The position numbers and the translations under genes were made by a program. The notes below the pieces were generated by a model, which ran no database searches, had not been told where the DNA came from, and saw only the letters and a list, made by a program, of their open reading frames with translations. DNA of 64,000 nucleotides from Isoptericola halotolerans (GTDB lineage: Bacteria; Actinomycetota; Actinomycetes; Actinomycetales; Cellulomonadaceae): positions 806,001 to 870,000 of the forward strand of contig NZ_JABEZU010000001.1 in assembly GCF_013149785.1 (NCBI RefSeq). The letters are read 5' to 3'. This document shows, one piece after another, positions 39,289 through 51,312 of this stretch (position 1 is the stretch's first letter; every line of letters starts with the position of its first letter).

Positions 39289-39708
39289 ATGCTGATCCCG
39301 CGCAGACTCAAGCACCGCAAGCAGCACCACCCGAAGCGCTCCGGCATGGCCAAGGGTGGCACCACGATCTCGTTCGGCGACTACGGCATCCAGGCTCTCG
39401 AGCCCGCCTACGTCACCAACCGTCAGATCGAGGCTGCTCGTATCGCGATGACCCGCCACATCAAGCGTGGCGGCAAGGTCTGGATCAACATCTACCCGGA
39501 CCGTCCGCTCACCAAGAAGCCTGCCGAGACCCGCATGGGTTCCGGTAAGGGTTCGCCCGAGTGGTGGGTCGCCAACGTCAAGCCCGGCCGCATCGTCTTC
39601 GAGCTGGCCGGTGTCCCTGAGGAGCTTGCTCGCGAGGCGCTTCGCCGCGCGATGCACAAGCTCCCGATGAAGTGCCGTTTCGTGGTGCGCGAAGGTGGTG
39701 CGAACTGA
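39289..39708 (+). CDS. rplP: 50S ribosomal protein L16
   Basis: [16 protein letters not shown]. Confidence 0.99.
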   Translation: MLIPRRLKHRKQHHPKRSGMAKGGTTISFGDYGIQALEPAYVTNRQIEAARIAMTRHIKRGGKVWINIYPDRPLTKKPAETRMGSGKGSPEWWVANVKPGRIVFELAGVPEELAREALRRAMHKLPMKCRFVVREGGAN

Positions 39709-39947
39709 TGGCTATCGGTACCCAGGGTCTTGCCCTGGCCGACCTCGACGGCTTCGACGACGAGACTCTCGTCGCCAAGGTCAAGGAGCAGAAGCAGGAG
39801 CTCTTCAACCTGCGCTTCCAGGCCGCCACCGGCCAGCTCGAGTCGCACGGCCGCCTCAAGGCGGTCAAGCGTGACATCGCGCGGATCTACACGGTCCTGC
39901 GTGAGCGCGAGCTCGGCATCCGTACGGCCCCGAGCGTGAGTGAGTGA
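39708..39947 (+). CDS. rpmC: 50S ribosomal protein L29
   Basis: [22 protein letters not shown]. Confidence 0.98.
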   Translation: MAIGTQGLALADLDGFDDETLVAKVKEQKQELFNLRFQAATGQLESHGRLKAVKRDIARIYTVLRERELGIRTAPSVSE

Positions 39948-39954
39948 GGCTTTG

Positions 39955-40239
39955 ATGAGCGAGAACACCGAGACGGTGACCACCGAGGAGCGGGCGAGCC
40001 GCAAGGTGCGCCGCGGCTACGTCGTCAGCGACAAGATGGACAAGACCATCGTCGTCGAGGTCGAGGACCGTGTGAAGCACCCGCTCTACGGCAAGGTCAT
40101 GCGCCGTACCAACAAGGTCAAGGTGCACGACGAGCAGAACACCGCCGGTATCGGCGACCTGGTCGTCATCATGGAGACCCGCCCGCTGTCCGCGACCAAG
40201 CGGTGGCGTCTGGTGGAGCTCCTCGAGAAGGCCAAGTAA
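39955..40239 (+). CDS. rpsQ: 30S ribosomal protein S17
   Basis: [26 protein letters not shown]. Confidence 0.98.
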   Translation: MSENTETVTTEERASRKVRRGYVVSDKMDKTIVVEVEDRVKHPLYGKVMRRTNKVKVHDEQNTAGIGDLVVIMETRPLSATKRWRLVELLEKAK

Positions 40240-40372
40240 GACAGTCCTTCCCGGTGGGGACGCGGTGTGACACACGTATGCGTCGGGTCCCCACCACAGC
40301 AACTATCCGTTCGGCAAGGCTCGCCCGGGAGATCCTGGGCAGAGAACCGGCTCGACGACAGGAGATCAATCA

Positions 40373-40741
40373 ATGATCCAGCAGGAGTCGCGACTGCGGG
40401 TCGCCGACAACACGGGTGCCAAGGAGATTCTCTGCATCCGTGTTCTCGGTGGATCCGGCCGTCGCTACGCCGGTATCGGCGACACCATCGTCGCCACCGT
40501 CAAGGACGCGATCCCGGGCGGCAACGTGAAGAAGGGCGATGTGGTCAAGGCCGTCATCGTCCGGACCGTCAAGGAGCGCCGTCGTCCCGACGGTTCCTAC
40601 ATCAAGTTCGACGAGAACGCCGCCGTCATCCTCAAGACCGACGGCGAGCCGCGCGGTACGCGCATCTTCGGCCCGGTCGGTCGCGAGCTGCGCGACAAGC
40701 GGTTCATGAAGATCATCTCGTTGGCCCCGGAGGTGCTCTGA
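40373..40741 (+). CDS. rplN: 50S ribosomal protein L14
   Basis: [22 protein letters not shown]. Confidence 0.99.
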   Translation: MIQQESRLRVADNTGAKEILCIRVLGGSGRRYAGIGDTIVATVKDAIPGGNVKKGDVVKAVIVRTVKERRRPDGSYIKFDENAAVILKTDGEPRGTRIFGPVGRELRDKRFMKIISLAPEVL

Positions 40742-40743
40742 CC

Positions 40744-41085
40744 ATGGCGAAGATCAAGAAGGGCGACCAGGTCCAGGTGATCTCTGGTCGCGACAAGGGC
40801 CTGACGGGCCGCGTGCTCGAGGTGCTCACCGACAGCGACCGCATCGTCGTCGAGGGCGTCCAGCGCGTGACCAAGCACGTGAAGGCCGGCCAGACGTCGC
40901 GTGGCACCCGCACGGGTGGCATCGAGACCGTCGAGGCGCCGATCCACGTCTCCAACGTGATGCTGGTCGACCCCGAGAGCAAGAAGCCGACCCGCGTCGG
41001 GTTCCGCCTCGAGGAGGTCGAGCAGGACGGTCGCACCCGTACGGTGCGCGTCCGCTACGCCAAGCGCTCCGGGAAGGACATCTGA
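40744..41085 (+). CDS. rplX: 50S ribosomal protein L24
   Basis: [26 protein letters not shown]. Confidence 0.98.
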   Translation: MAKIKKGDQVQVISGRDKGLTGRVLEVLTDSDRIVVEGVQRVTKHVKAGQTSRGTRTGGIETVEAPIHVSNVMLVDPESKKPTRVGFRLEEVEQDGRTRTVRVRYAKRSGKDI

Positions 41086-41657
41086 TGACCGAGACGACTC
41101 TCGAGGCCAAGGTCCAGCCGCGCCTCAAGCAGAAGTACCGCGAGGAGATCCTTGCCGCGCTCCAGGAGGAGTTCGGTCACTCGAACCTCCACCAGGTCGC
41201 CGGCCTGACGAAGATCGTCGTCAACATGGGTGTCGGTGACGCGGCGAAGGACTCGAAGCTGATCGAGGGCGCGATCCGCGACCTCACGGCGATCACGGGC
41301 CAGAAGCCGCAGATCAACCGTGCGAAGAAGTCCATCGCGCAGTTCAAGCTGCGCGAGGGCATGCCGATCGGTGCGCACGTCACGTTGCGCGGCGACCGCA
41401 TGTGGGAGTTCCTCGACCGTCTGCTGTCGATCGCGCTGCCGCGTATCCGCGACTTCCGTGGTCTGAGCCCGAAGCAGTTCGACGGGCACGGCAACTACAC
41501 GTTCGGTCTCACGGAGCAGTCGATGTTCCACGAGATCGACCAGGACAAGATCGACCGGGTCCGCGGCATGGACATCACGGTCGTGACCACGGCGACGACC
41601 GACGACGAGGGCCGCTCCCTGCTGCGCCGTCTCGGTTTCCCCTTCAAGGAGAACTGA
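41085..41657 (+). CDS. rplE: 50S ribosomal protein L5
   Basis: [25 protein letters not shown]. Confidence 0.99.
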   Translation: MTETTLEAKVQPRLKQKYREEILAALQEEFGHSNLHQVAGLTKIVVNMGVGDAAKDSKLIEGAIRDLTAITGQKPQINRAKKSIAQFKLREGMPIGAHVTLRGDRMWEFLDRLLSIALPRIRDFRGLSPKQFDGHGNYTFGLTEQSMFHEIDQDKIDRVRGMDITVVTTATTDDEGRSLLRRLGFPFKEN

Positions 41658-41658
41658 C

Positions 41659-41844
41659 ATGGCGAAGAAGGCCCTGATCAACAAGGCGAACGCCAAGCCG
41701 AAGTTCGCCGTGCGCGCCTACACCCGGTGCCAGCGGTGCGGTCGTCCGCACTCGGTCTACCGCAAGTTCGGCCTGTGCCGGATCTGCCTGCGGGAGATGG
41801 CCCACCGTGGTGAGCTCCCCGGCGTCACCAAGAGCAGCTGGTAA
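41659..41844 (+). CDS. rpsN: 30S ribosomal protein S14, type Z (Zn-binding)
   Basis: CQRCGR...LCRIC; 61 aa. Confidence 0.98.
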   Translation: MAKKALINKANAKPKFAVRAYTRCQRCGRPHSVYRKFGLCRICLREMAHRGELPGVTKSSW

Positions 41845-41923
41845 ATCAACTACGCCGTAGGTCCGTGCGGCGCTCCTCGGAGCGCCGCACGGATACCCCG
41901 GCGAGGAAGGGCTGGAGCCCGAT

Positions 41924-42322
41924 ATGACTATGACCGACCCGATCGCAGACATGCTGACACGTCTGCGTAACGCGAACTCGGCGCACCACGACACGGTCAC
42001 GATGCCGTTCTCGAAGCTGAAGTCGCGGATCGCGGACATCCTGCAGGCCGAGGGTTACATCACCGGCTGGACCGTCGAGGACGCGAAGGTGGGCAAGGAC
42101 CTCACCATCAACCTCAAGTACGGCCCGAGCCGCGAGCGCGCCCTGACGGGCGTGCGCCGTGTCTCGAAGCCCGGCCTGCGCGTGTACGCGAAGTCCACCA
42201 ATCTGCCCAAGGTCCTCGGCGGCCTCGGCGTGGCCATCCTGTCCACCTCGTCCGGGCTCCTGACCGACCGTCAGGCCCAGGACAAGGGCGTGGGCGGCGA
42301 AGTCCTCGCCTACGTCTGGTAA
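41924..42322 (+). CDS. rpsH: 30S ribosomal protein S8
   Basis: [29 protein letters not shown]. Confidence 0.99.
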   Translation: MTMTDPIADMLTRLRNANSAHHDTVTMPFSKLKSRIADILQAEGYITGWTVEDAKVGKDLTINLKYGPSRERALTGVRRVSKPGLRVYAKSTNLPKVLGGLGVAILSTSSGLLTDRQAQDKGVGGEVLAYVW

Positions 42323-42341
42323 TCGGAAAGGAGAGACGCCA

Positions 42342-42878
42342 ATGTCTCGAATCGGCAAGCTCCCCGTTCCGGTCCCGGCCGGCGTGGACGTCACCATCAG
42401 CGGAGCGCTCGTGACTGTGAAGGGCCCCAAGGGGTCCCTCGAGCACACGGTGCCCGCACCCATCACCGTCGAGCAGGAGGACGGCAGCCTGAAGGTCGCC
42501 CGTCCCGACGAAGAGCGTTCGTCCCGTGCCCTGCACGGGCTCACCCGCACCCTGCTCGCCAACATGATCACCGGCGTGACCCAGGGCTACGAGAAGAAGC
42601 TCGAGATCGTCGGCACCGGCTACCGCGTGGCGGCCAAGGGCAAGGGCCTCGAGTTCGCCCTCGGCTTCTCGCACCCGGTGGAGGTCGCCGCTCCCGAGGG
42701 CATCACCTTCACGGTCGAGAGCCCGACGAAGTTCTCGGTGGCCGGCATCGACAAGCAGCAGGTGGGCGAGGTCTCGGCGAACATCCGCAAGATCCGCAAG
42801 CCCGAGCCCTACAAGGGCAAGGGCGTGCGCTACGCCGACGAGGTCGTCCGTCGCAAGGTCGGAAAGGCTGGTAAGTGA
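42342..42878 (+). CDS. rplF: 50S ribosomal protein L6
   Basis: [17 protein letters not shown]. Confidence 0.99.
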   Translation: MSRIGKLPVPVPAGVDVTISGALVTVKGPKGSLEHTVPAPITVEQEDGSLKVARPDEERSSRALHGLTRTLLANMITGVTQGYEKKLEIVGTGYRVAAKGKGLEFALGFSHPVEVAAPEGITFTVESPTKFSVAGIDKQQVGEVSANIRKIRKPEPYKGKGVRYADEVVRRKVGKAGK

Positions 42879-43249
42879 TGGCTCTCAAGGTTCTGGGCAA
42901 GGGCAAGAGCGTCGCTCGTCAGCGCCGTCACCTTCGCCTGCGCAAGAAGATCAAGGGCACTGCAGCGCGTCCGCGCCTCGTCGTGACCCGTTCGTCCCGT
43001 CACATGGTGGCCCAGGTCGTCGACGACACCGTCGGCCGCACCGTGGTCTCCGCCTCGACGCTCGAGGCCGACCTTCGCGCCTCGAACGACGACAAGACCG
43101 CCAAGGCGCGCAAGGTCGGCGAGCTCGTCGCCGAGCGAGCGAAGGCTGCCGGGATCGACGCCGTGGTCTTCGACCGCGGCGGCAACAAGTACCACGGTCG
43201 GGTGGCTGCGGTCGCCGACGGCGCCCGCGAAGGCGGTCTGGCGCTGTGA
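42878..43249 (+). CDS. rplR: 50S ribosomal protein L18
   Basis: [21 protein letters not shown]. Confidence 0.99.
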   Translation: MALKVLGKGKSVARQRRHLRLRKKIKGTAARPRLVVTRSSRHMVAQVVDDTVGRTVVSASTLEADLRASNDDKTAKARKVGELVAERAKAAGIDAVVFDRGGNKYHGRVAAVADGAREGGLAL

Positions 43250-43286
43250 TGACGACCACTTTCGCACGGAAGATGAGGATCCTCTG

Positions 43287-43952
43287 ATGGCTGCAGGGCA
43301 GCGCAACACCGGCGCCCCCCAGGGCGCCAACGAGTCCAAGAACGACGGTCGTCGCTCCAACCGGCGCGACGACCGCCGCAACAACCCCCGCGAGGACAAG
43401 AACGCCTTCGTCGAGCGCGTGGTCACGATCAACCGCGTCTCCAAGGTCGTCAAGGGTGGTCGTCGCTTCAGCTTCACCGCCCTGGTGGTCGTGGGCGACG
43501 CCGACGGGACCGTCGGCGTCGGCTACGGCAAGGCCAAGGAGGTTCCCTCGGCGATCGCCAAGGGTGTCGAGGAGGCGAAGAAGAACTTCTTCCGCGTTCC
43601 CCGCATCCAGGGCACCATCCCGCACCCCATCCAGGGTGAGGAAGCGGCCGGCGTCGTGTTCCTGCGGCCCGCCTCCCCGGGTACCGGTGTGATCGCCGGT
43701 GGTCCGGTGCGTGCCGTGCTGGAGTGCGCCGGGATCCACGACGTGCTGAGCAAGTCCCTCGGCTCGTCGAACGCGATCAACATCGTCCACGCCACCGTGG
43801 CGGCCCTCAAGGGCCTCGAGGAGCCGGCCGCCGTGGCCGCTCGTCGCGGTCTCCCGCTCGAGCACGTGGCCCCGGCCTCGCTCCTGCGGGCGCAGGCCGC
43901 CGGTCTTGCCGCCAAGGGCGACAAGAAGACCGACGAGAAGGTGGGTGCGTGA
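43287..43952 (+). CDS. rpsE: 30S ribosomal protein S5
   Basis: [22 protein letters not shown]. Confidence 0.99.
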   Translation: MAAGQRNTGAPQGANESKNDGRRSNRRDDRRNNPREDKNAFVERVVTINRVSKVVKGGRRFSFTALVVVGDADGTVGVGYGKAKEVPSAIAKGVEEAKKNFFRVPRIQGTIPHPIQGEEAAGVVFLRPASPGTGVIAGGPVRAVLECAGIHDVLSKSLGSSNAINIVHATVAALKGLEEPAAVAARRGLPLEHVAPASLLRAQAAGLAAKGDKKTDEKVGA

Positions 43953-44134
43953 TGGCTCGCCTGAAGGTCACCCAGGTCAAGTCCGCCATCGGCGGCAAGC
44001 AGAACCAGCGTGACACGCTGCGGACCCTCGGCCTCAAGCGGATCGGCGACACCGCCGTGAAGGAGGACCGCCCGGAGATTCGTGGCATGGTCACCACGGT
44101 GGCGCACCTCGTCACCGTCGAGGAGGTCGAGTGA
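43952..44134 (+). CDS. rpmD: 50S ribosomal protein L30
   Basis: [25 protein letters not shown]. Confidence 0.97.
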   Translation: MARLKVTQVKSAIGGKQNQRDTLRTLGLKRIGDTAVKEDRPEIRGMVTTVAHLVTVEEVE

Positions 44135-44136
44135 GC

Positions 44137-44613
44137 ATGGCCGACAGCACCGAGAAGAACGCGGCGCCGTCCCAGCCGCTGAAGGTCCACCACCTGCGTC
44201 CGGCTCCCGGCGCCAAGAAGGCCAAGACCCGTGTGGGTCGTGGTGAGGCGTCGAAGGGCAAGACGGCGGGTCGCGGTACCAAGGGGACGAAGGCTCGATA
44301 CCAGGTTCCGGCAGGTTTCGAGGGTGGGCAGGTTCCCCTGCACATGCGCCTGCCGAAGCTCCGCGGGTTCAAGAACCCGTTCCGTGTCGAGTTCCAGGTC
44401 GTGAACCTGGACAAGCTCGCCGCGCTGTACCCGAGCGGTGGCTCCGTCACCGTCGAGGACCTCGTCGCCAAGGGCGCGGTCCGCTCCGGTCAGCCGGTGA
44501 AGGTGCTCGGGACGGGTGAGATCACCGTCAAGCTGGAGATCGCGGTCGACGCGATCTCGGCGTCCGCCAAGGAGAAGATCCTGGCGGCCGGTGGCTCCGT
44601 CTCGGAGGACTGA
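44137..44613 (+). CDS. rplO: 50S ribosomal protein L15
   Basis: [24 protein letters not shown]. Confidence 0.98.
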   Translation: MADSTEKNAAPSQPLKVHHLRPAPGAKKAKTRVGRGEASKGKTAGRGTKGTKARYQVPAGFEGGQVPLHMRLPKLRGFKNPFRVEFQVVNLDKLAALYPSGGSVTVEDLVAKGAVRSGQPVKVLGTGEITVKLEIAVDAISASAKEKILAAGGSVSED

Positions 44614-44954
44614 GAGCTGACGAAGGGCCGGCGGCGCACCTGCGCTGCCGGCCCTCCGTGCTGTCCCGGACGGGGTGACGACCGTCTCGGGAACGTCTGT
44701 CGGGAGGACCGACTTCGGGCGATCTGCTAGTTTCGTTCGACGCACGTGGCCCAGGTCACGTCCCGAGGCACGTAGAATCCGTCACGGTCCGCACTGCACG
44801 CGGCGTACGCGGCGTGTGCAGCGTTCGTCGGGTGACCGGCCGGGCCACGACCGAGTCGGTGCGTCGACGCCGCGGTTCCGACCGCGGCAGTGCGTGCCAC
44901 ACCTCGCCGGACCCCGGCGACACGACACCCCGCCGCGGCGGGTCAGGAGGATAG

Positions 44955-46253
44955 GTGCTCAGCGCATTCGGCCGGGCTTTCCGGACACCGGACCTGCGGC
45001 GCAAGCTGCTGTTCACGATCGCCATCATGGCGCTCTTCCGCGTGGGGTCTTTCATCCCGACCCCGGGCGTCGACTACGGCAACGTGCAGCAGTGCGTGGC
45101 GACCCTCGAGGGCGAGACCTCGCTGCTCGGGCTGGTCAACACGTTCAGCGGTGGCGCGCTCCTGCAGCTGTCGGTCTTCGCCCTCGGCATCATGCCGTAC
45201 ATCACGGCGAGCATCATCACCCAGCTGCTGCGTGTGGTGATCCCTCGCTTCGAGGCGCTCCACAAGGAAGGCCAGTCCGGCCAGGCCAAGCTGACGCAGT
45301 ACACGCGCTACCTCACGATCGCGCTGGCGATCCTGCAGTCGACGACGATCGTCACCACGGCTCGCACCGGGCTGCTGTTCCCGGGCTGCGGGCTCGACGT
45401 GGTCGTCAACGACAGCTTCGTGACGGCTGCTCTGATGGTCGTGACGATGACGGCGGGGACCGGTCTGGTCATGTGGATGGGCGAGCTCATCACCGAGCGC
45501 GGCATCGGCAACGGTATGTCGCTGCTGATCTTCACCTCGATCGTGGCCAGCTTCCCCACGGCCCTGTGGTCGATCGCCGGCGGCGCCAACGGGCCGCTGA
45601 ACTTCATCATCATGATCCTGGTGATCGTCCTGGTCATCGGGATGGTCGTCTACGTCGAGCAGTCGCAGCGCCGGATCCCGGTGCAGTACGCCAAGCGCAT
45701 GGTCGGCCGCCGGATGTACGGCGGGACGAGCACCTACATCCCGATCAAGATCAACATGTCGGGCGTCATCCCGGTCATCTTCGCGGCGTCGATCCTCGCG
45801 ATCCCCGCGCTGCTCGCCCAGTTCGGTGACCAGACCGCCGACTGGGTGATCTGGATCTCCAACAACATCGCTCAGCAGGACCAGGCGCTGTACATCGCCT
45901 TGTACGTCCTGATGATCATCTTCTTCGCCTTCTTCTACACGTCGATCACGTTCAACCCGGACGAGGTCGCGGACAACATGAAGAAGTACGGGGGCTTCAT
46001 CCCCGGTATCCGTGCCGGCCGTCCCACGGCCGAGTACCTGGACTTCGTGATCACCCGCATCACGTCGGCAGGTGCGCTCTATCTCGCCATCGTCGCGCTC
46101 ATCCCGACGCTGGTGCTGGTCTTCCTGGGAGCTGCGACGAACATCCCGTTCGGCGGTACGTCGATCCTCATCATCGTCGGCGTCGGCCTCGAGTTCGTGA
46201 AGCAGGTCAACTCCCAGCTGCAGCAGCGACACTACGAAGGGTTCCTCCGTTGA
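44955..46253 (+). CDS. secY: Preprotein translocase subunit SecY
   Basis: ALGIMPYITASII, GIGNGMSL, FIPGIRAG, GGTSILI. Confidence 0.99.
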   Translation: MLSAFGRAFRTPDLRRKLLFTIAIMALFRVGSFIPTPGVDYGNVQQCVATLEGETSLLGLVNTFSGGALLQLSVFALGIMPYITASIITQLLRVVIPRFEALHKEGQSGQAKLTQYTRYLTIALAILQSTTIVTTARTGLLFPGCGLDVVVNDSFVTAALMVVTMTAGTGLVMWMGELITERGIGNGMSLLIFTSIVASFPTALWSIAGGANGPLNFIIMILVIVLVIGMVVYVEQSQRRIPVQYAKRMVGRRMYGGTSTYIPIKINMSGVIPVIFAASILAIPALLAQFGDQTADWVIWISNNIAQQDQALYIALYVLMIIFFAFFYTSITFNPDEVADNMKKYGGFIPGIRAGRPTAEYLDFVITRITSAGALYLAIVALIPTLVLVFLGAATNIPFGGTSILIIVGVGLEFVKQVNSQLQQRHYEGFLR

Positions 46254-46315
46254 CCGAGACGAACACCCCGACCACCCGCCGCGAGCTCCACGGCGCCCCG
46301 AGCGACGAAGGGCGA

Positions 46316-46891
46316 GTGACGCGACTGGTGATCATGGGCCCGCAGGGCGCCGGCAAGGGCACCCAGGCGGCGCGGCTCGCCGAGGTCTTCGGCATCCCCG
46401 CGATCTCGACCGGGGACATCTTCCGTGCGAACATCGCCGGCGGTACCGAGCTGGGCCGCCTCGCCCAGGAGTACTCCTCGAAGGGTGAGCTCGTCCCGGA
46501 CGAGGTCACGGACTCGATGGTTCGCGACCGGCTCGCCGAGGAGGATGTCCACGGCGGGTTCCTGCTGGACGGCTACCCGCGCAACGCGCACCAGGTCGAG
46601 GCGTTGGACGGCATCCTGTCCGACCTGGGCTGGGAGCTGGACGGCGTCATCGAGCTGACGGCGGACCGTGACGAGCTGCTCGGGCGCATCGCCAAGCGTG
46701 CGGAGGTCGAGGGGCGTGAGGACGACACCCCGGCCGCGATCGCGCGTCGTCTGGACATCTACGACGCCGAGACGGCACCGCTGACCGCCGCGTACGCGGA
46801 GCGGGGCATCCTTGCCCAGGTCGACGGCATCGGGGAGATCTCCGAGGTCACGGACCGCATCGTGACCGCGCTCGCGCAGCAGCTCGGCTGA
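46316..46891 (+). CDS. adk: Adenylate kinase (alternative start TTG 46250)
   Basis: GPQGAGKGTQ, ISTGDIFR, LDGYPR. Confidence 0.96.
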   Translation: MTRLVIMGPQGAGKGTQAARLAEVFGIPAISTGDIFRANIAGGTELGRLAQEYSSKGELVPDEVTDSMVRDRLAEEDVHGGFLLDGYPRNAHQVEALDGILSDLGWELDGVIELTADRDELLGRIAKRAEVEGREDDTPAAIARRLDIYDAETAPLTAAYAERGILAQVDGIGEISEVTDRIVTALAQQLG

Positions 46892-46898
46892 GCTGGCG

Positions 46899-47768
46899 TT
46901 GTTCCGCTCGCACCCACGGATCGAGCTCAAGAGCCTCGACCAGATGCGCCTCATGCGACGCGCGGGGCTGGTCGTGGCAGACACGCTCGCCGCGGTGCGG
47001 GCGGCCGCGCGTCCGGGCTGCACCACGAGCGACCTCGACGCGGTCGCGGCCCGGTCGATCGACGCCGCCGGTGCCGTTCCCTCGTTCCTGGGCTACCAGG
47101 GCTTCCCGGCGACGATCTGCACGTCGGTGAACGAGGAGATCGTCCACGGCATCCCGGGTCGGCGCGTGCTGGCCCCGGGGGACGTCGTCTCGGTCGACTG
47201 CGGTGCCGTCGTCGAGGGCTGGCACGGCGACTCGGCGATCACCTTCGTCCTCGGCGAGGACGGCGCGACGGACCTCGAAGACCCGGCCGGCGACGTCGAC
47301 CAGGCTGACCTGGGACTGGTTCGCGCGACCCGTACGGCCATGTGGGCGGGTATCGCGGCGCTGGCGGACGGCCGCAGGGTCGGCGACGTGGGCGTGGCCG
47401 TCGAGGCGTCGGTGGAAGTGTCCGCCGACCTCCTGGGTCACGGGTACGGGATCGTCGAGGAGTACACGGGCCACGGCATCGGCACCCAGATGCACCAGCC
47501 GCCCGACGTCGTCAACTTTGCTGCCGGCGACCGGGGGCCCCGGTTGAGGCCGGGCATGTGCCTGGCGGTCGAGCCGATGGTCACGCTCGGATCGGCGACG
47601 ACCGCGGTCCTCGACGACGGCTGGACGGTGGTGACGGCCGACGGGTCCCGCGCTGCGCACTGGGAGCACACGGTCGCTCTCCTCGACGGCGGGGTCGCCG
47701 TGCTGACGGCTCAGGACCTCGGCGCGGCCGGCCTGGAGCTGTTCGGCGTCCGGCCCGTCGGGTTGTGA
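46899..47768 (+). CDS. map: Methionine aminopeptidase type I
   Basis: SVNEEIVHGIP, HGDSA, GHGIG, VEPM, HWEHT. Confidence 0.96.
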   Translation: MFRSHPRIELKSLDQMRLMRRAGLVVADTLAAVRAAARPGCTTSDLDAVAARSIDAAGAVPSFLGYQGFPATICTSVNEEIVHGIPGRRVLAPGDVVSVDCGAVVEGWHGDSAITFVLGEDGATDLEDPAGDVDQADLGLVRATRTAMWAGIAALADGRRVGDVGVAVEASVEVSADLLGHGYGIVEEYTGHGIGTQMHQPPDVVNFAAGDRGPRLRPGMCLAVEPMVTLGSATTAVLDDGWTVVTADGSRAAHWEHTVALLDGGVAVLTAQDLGAAGLELFGVRPVGL

Positions 47769-48002
47769 CCGACGTCAAGGTTGCTCTTCGGACTTCATGG
47801 CGTAGGATGGTCTGTCGGGTGTAGTCCGTTCGTGCGTGCCCGTCCCGAGCTCGTGGAGTCTCCGCTGAGCAGAGGATGTCGGCCTGGCTAGCGGAAGCAC
47901 GCGATCCACGTTCCCGACGTCCTGTCCTGGTGCCGCCACGGACGGTCGGGGGGCGCGTGGCAGCAGTCCGTCGAGAGACACAGACGAGAGTTAGCGGAGG
48001 AC

Positions 48003-48224
48003 ATGGCAAAGAAGGACGGTGTCATCGAGATCGAGGGCAGCGTGATCGAGGCTCTGCCGAACGCGATGTTCCGCGTGGAGCTGGCCAACGGTCACAAGGT
48101 TCTCGCGCACATCTCGGGCAAGATGCGGCAGCACTACATCCGGATCCTTCCCGAGGACCGGGTCGTGGTGGAGCTCAGCCCGTACGACCTGTCCCGTGGC
48201 CGGATCGTCTACCGCTACAAGTAG
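48003..48224 (+). CDS. infA: Translation initiation factor IF-1
   Basis: [27 protein letters not shown]. Confidence 0.99.
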   Translation: MAKKDGVIEIEGSVIEALPNAMFRVELANGHKVLAHISGKMRQHYIRILPEDRVVVELSPYDLSRGRIVYRYK

Positions 48225-48306
48225 TCGTCATCCCCCCACCCGATCTACATCGCCGCCTGCGCGGCCGGCCTCACGGCTCGGCCAGGGAGGCGGCGGAGGA
48301 ACACTG

Positions 48307-48420
48307 ATGAAGGTCAAGCCGAGCGTCAAGAAGATCTGCGACAAGTGCAAGGTGATCCGCCGGCACGGTCGCGTCATGGTGATCTGCGACAACCTGCGCC
48401 ACAAGCAGCGCCAGGGCTGA
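48307..48420 (+). CDS. rpmJ: 50S ribosomal protein L36 (Zn-ribbon form)
   Basis: [14 protein letters not shown]...C...HKQRQG. Confidence 0.98.
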   Translation: MKVKPSVKKICDKCKVIRRHGRVMVICDNLRHKQRQG

Positions 48421-48600
48421 TCGCAGCAGCATGACTCCGTGGCCCGTCCTCCGGGGCGAGCCGCGCACAGCGCACCAGCACGAACCCGACCGTCCCTCCC
48501 GGGCGGCGGGGGAACCTCCGGTCCAGAGGCCGGGGCCCGCGGACCGCGGGAGGCAGGTGCGGCAGACCTCTGGAGAGCAGTACAAGGAGCCGGAAGGCAC

Positions 48601-48975
48601 ATGGCACGTCTTGTCGGCGTCGACCTCCCCCGCGAAAAGCGGATCGTGGTCGCGCTCACCTACATCTACGGCGTCGGTCGTACGCGCGCCGAGCAGGCCG
48701 TCGCGGCGACGGGGGTCTCCCCGGACGCACGCGTGAAGGAGCTCGGCGACGCCGAGCTCGTCGCGCTGCGCGACTACCTCGAGGGGAACTTCCAGCTCGA
48801 GGGTGATCTCCGTCGCGAGGTCGCCGCCGACATCCGCCGCAAGGTGGAGATCGGTACCTACCAGGGTCTGCGTCACCGTCGCGGACTGCCGGTGCGCGGT
48901 CAGCGCACCAAGACCAACGCGCGTACCCGCAAGGGCAAGAAGCGCACCGTCGCGGGCAAGAAGAAGGCCCGCTGA
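48601..48975 (+). CDS. rpsM: 30S ribosomal protein S13
   Basis: [27 protein letters not shown]. Confidence 0.99.
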   Translation: MARLVGVDLPREKRIVVALTYIYGVGRTRAEQAVAATGVSPDARVKELGDAELVALRDYLEGNFQLEGDLRREVAADIRRKVEIGTYQGLRHRRGLPVRGQRTKTNARTRKGKKRTVAGKKKAR

Positions 48976-49046
48976 CGTCAGCAGTCCGTGGAGCGGCCTG
49001 ACCGCCGCCCCGGTCCGACGACCTCAGACCAGGAGTATTTGCACAT

Positions 49047-49451
49047 ATGCCTCCCAAGACTCGCGCAGGTGCTGCGCGCAAGCCCCGCCGCAAGGACAAG
49101 AAGAACGTCCCGCTCGGCCAGGCGCACATCAAGAGCACGTTCAACAACACGATCGTCTCGATCACCGACCCGTCGGGCGCCGTCATCTCGTGGGCGTCCG
49201 CCGGCCACGTCGGCTTCAAGGGCTCCCGCAAGTCCACGCCGTACGCCGCGCAGCTCGCTGCCGAGTCGGCCGCTCGCCGCGCGCAGGAGCACGGCGTCAA
49301 GAAGGTCGACGTCTTCGTCAAGGGCCCGGGTTCCGGTCGCGAGACCGCCATCCGCTCCCTGCAGGCGACCGGCCTCGAGGTCGGCTCGATCCAGGACGTG
49401 ACGCCCCAGGCGCACAACGGCTGCCGCCCCCCCAAGCGTCGCCGCGTCTGA
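49047..49451 (+). CDS. rpsK: 30S ribosomal protein S11
   Basis: [28 protein letters not shown]. Confidence 0.99.
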   Translation: MPPKTRAGAARKPRRKDKKNVPLGQAHIKSTFNNTIVSITDPSGAVISWASAGHVGFKGSRKSTPYAAQLAAESAARRAQEHGVKKVDVFVKGPGSGRETAIRSLQATGLEVGSIQDVTPQAHNGCRPPKRRRV

Positions 49452-49630
49452 CCGTCTGATCGCCGGCCGCACCCGGGTGCGGCGTGGGAGTGCCGAGAGG
49501 CGGCTCCCGCGCCTCGCCCGGGCCGACCGGCAACCTGCCCGGACGGGTGGACCGAGTCCCGTCCGGGACCGCGCCAGACCGCGGATCGTGATGCGTCATA
49601 TAGCGGACGCACACTGAAAGGACCAACACA

Positions 49631-50647
49631 GTGCTCATCGCACAGCGCCCCACCCTGACCGAAGAGGTCATCTCGGAGTACCGTTCGCGCTTCTCCATCG
49701 AGCCGCTCGAGCCTGGCTTCGGCTACACGCTCGGCAACTCGCTGCGTCGCACGCTGCTGTCGTCCATCCCGGGCGCAGCGGTCACCTCCATCCGCATCGA
49801 CGGTGTGCTCCACGAGTTCACCACCGTGCCGGGTGTCAAGGAGGACGTCACCGAGATCATCCTCAACATCAAGAACCTCGTCGTCTCCTCGGAGAACGAC
49901 GAGCCGGTCGTGATGTACCTGCGCAAGCAGGGTGCCGGTGCGGCGACCGCGGCGGACATCGTGCCGCCCGCGGGTGTCGAGGTGCACAACCCCGACCTGC
50001 ACATCGCCACGCTCAACGACGAGGGCAAGCTCGAGATCGAGCTCACCGTCGAGCGTGGACGTGGCTATGTGTCCGCCGCGCAGAACAAGGCGTTGGACGC
50101 CGAGATCGGTCGGATCCCCGTGGACTCGATCTACTCGCCCGTCCTGAAGGTCACCTACAAGGTCGAGGCCACCCGTGTCGAGCAGCGCACGGACTTCGAC
50201 AAGCTGATCGTCGACGTCGAGACCAAGCAGGCCATCGCACCGCGTGACGCGCTCGCGTCGGCCGGCAAGACGCTCGTCGAGCTGTTCGGCCTCGCCCGGG
50301 AGCTCAACGTCGAGGCCGAGGGCATCGAGATCGGACCGTCGCCGACGGACACCGCGCTCGCCGCGGACCTGGCGCTGCCGATCGAGGAGCTCAACCTCAC
50401 CATCCGGTCGTACAACTGCCTCAAGCGCGAGGGCATCCACCAGGTCGGTGAGCTGGTCGCGCGCAGCGAGGCGGACCTGCTCGACATCCGCAACTTCGGT
50501 GCCAAGTCGATCAACGAGGTCAAGGAAAAGCTCGCGGAGCTGGGTCTCGCCCTCAAGGACTCGCCTCTCGACTTCGACCCCTCCGGCGCGCAGTACTTCA
50601 GCGGCGGGGACGACGAGACCTCGTACACCGACGAGCAGTCGTACTGA
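49631..50647 (+). CDS. rpoA: RNA polymerase alpha subunit
   Basis: [36 protein letters not shown]. Confidence 0.99.
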   Translation: MLIAQRPTLTEEVISEYRSRFSIEPLEPGFGYTLGNSLRRTLLSSIPGAAVTSIRIDGVLHEFTTVPGVKEDVTEIILNIKNLVVSSENDEPVVMYLRKQGAGAATAADIVPPAGVEVHNPDLHIATLNDEGKLEIELTVERGRGYVSAAQNKALDAEIGRIPVDSIYSPVLKVTYKVEATRVEQRTDFDKLIVDVETKQAIAPRDALASAGKTLVELFGLARELNVEAEGIEIGPSPTDTALAADLALPIEELNLTIRSYNCLKREGIHQVGELVARSEADLLDIRNFGAKSINEVKEKLAELGLALKDSPLDFDPSGAQYFSGGDDETSYTDEQSY

Positions 50648-50723
50648 CGCACCGCGCCCGCAGCGGCCCCGCTCGACATGACGGGGCCGCGCGACGCGGT
50701 ACCACCCTCAAGGAGAACCAGAA

Positions 50724-51242
50724 ATGCCTACCCCCACCAAGGGTCCGCGGCTCGGTGGCAGCCCGGCTCACGAGCGCCTGATCCTCGCGAACCTCGCGAC
50801 GGCGCTCTTCGAGCACGGCCGTATCACCACGACCGAGACGAAGGCCAAGCGTCTGCGTCCGACCGCCGAGCGTCTCATCACGCTCGCCAAGCGTGGCGAC
50901 CTGCACGCCCGGCGTCGGGTGCTGACGGTCGTGCGCGACAAGTCCGTCGTGCACACCCTGTTCACCGAGATCGCCCCGGCCATGGCCGAGCGCAACGGTG
51001 GCTACACCCGCATCACGAAGGTCGGTAACCGCAAGGGCGACAACGCGCCGATGGCGGTCATCGAGCTCGTGACGGAGCCGGTCAGCCCGAAGCAGGCCGT
51101 CGTGGCCGAGGCCACCAAGGCCGCCGAGAAGTCGGCGAAGGCCGAGACGGCGGAGAAGCCGGCCGAGGAGGCGCCCGCCGCCGAGTCGCCGGTCGAGGCC
51201 GCCGAGTCCGAGGCCCCGGCCGAGGAGAAGAAGGAGGACTGA
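50724..51242 (+). CDS. rplQ: 50S ribosomal protein L17
   Basis: [24 protein letters not shown]; Ala/Glu-rich tail. Confidence 0.99.
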   Translation: MPTPTKGPRLGGSPAHERLILANLATALFEHGRITTTETKAKRLRPTAERLITLAKRGDLHARRRVLTVVRDKSVVHTLFTEIAPAMAERNGGYTRITKVGNRKGDNAPMAVIELVTEPVSPKQAVVAEATKAAEKSAKAETAEKPAEEAPAAESPVEAAESEAPAEEKKED

Positions 51243-51263
51243 GTCCTCTCTTCTGCCAGTCTC

Positions 51264-51301
51264 CGAAGGCCCCGCACCACACCAGTGGTGCGGGGCCTTC
51301 G
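51264..51301 (+). terminator. Terminator-like hairpin after rplQ
   Basis: 17-bp stem cgaaggccccgcaccac / gtggtgcggggccttcg. Confidence 0.8.
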
Positions 51302-51312
51302 CCGTCCCTACC

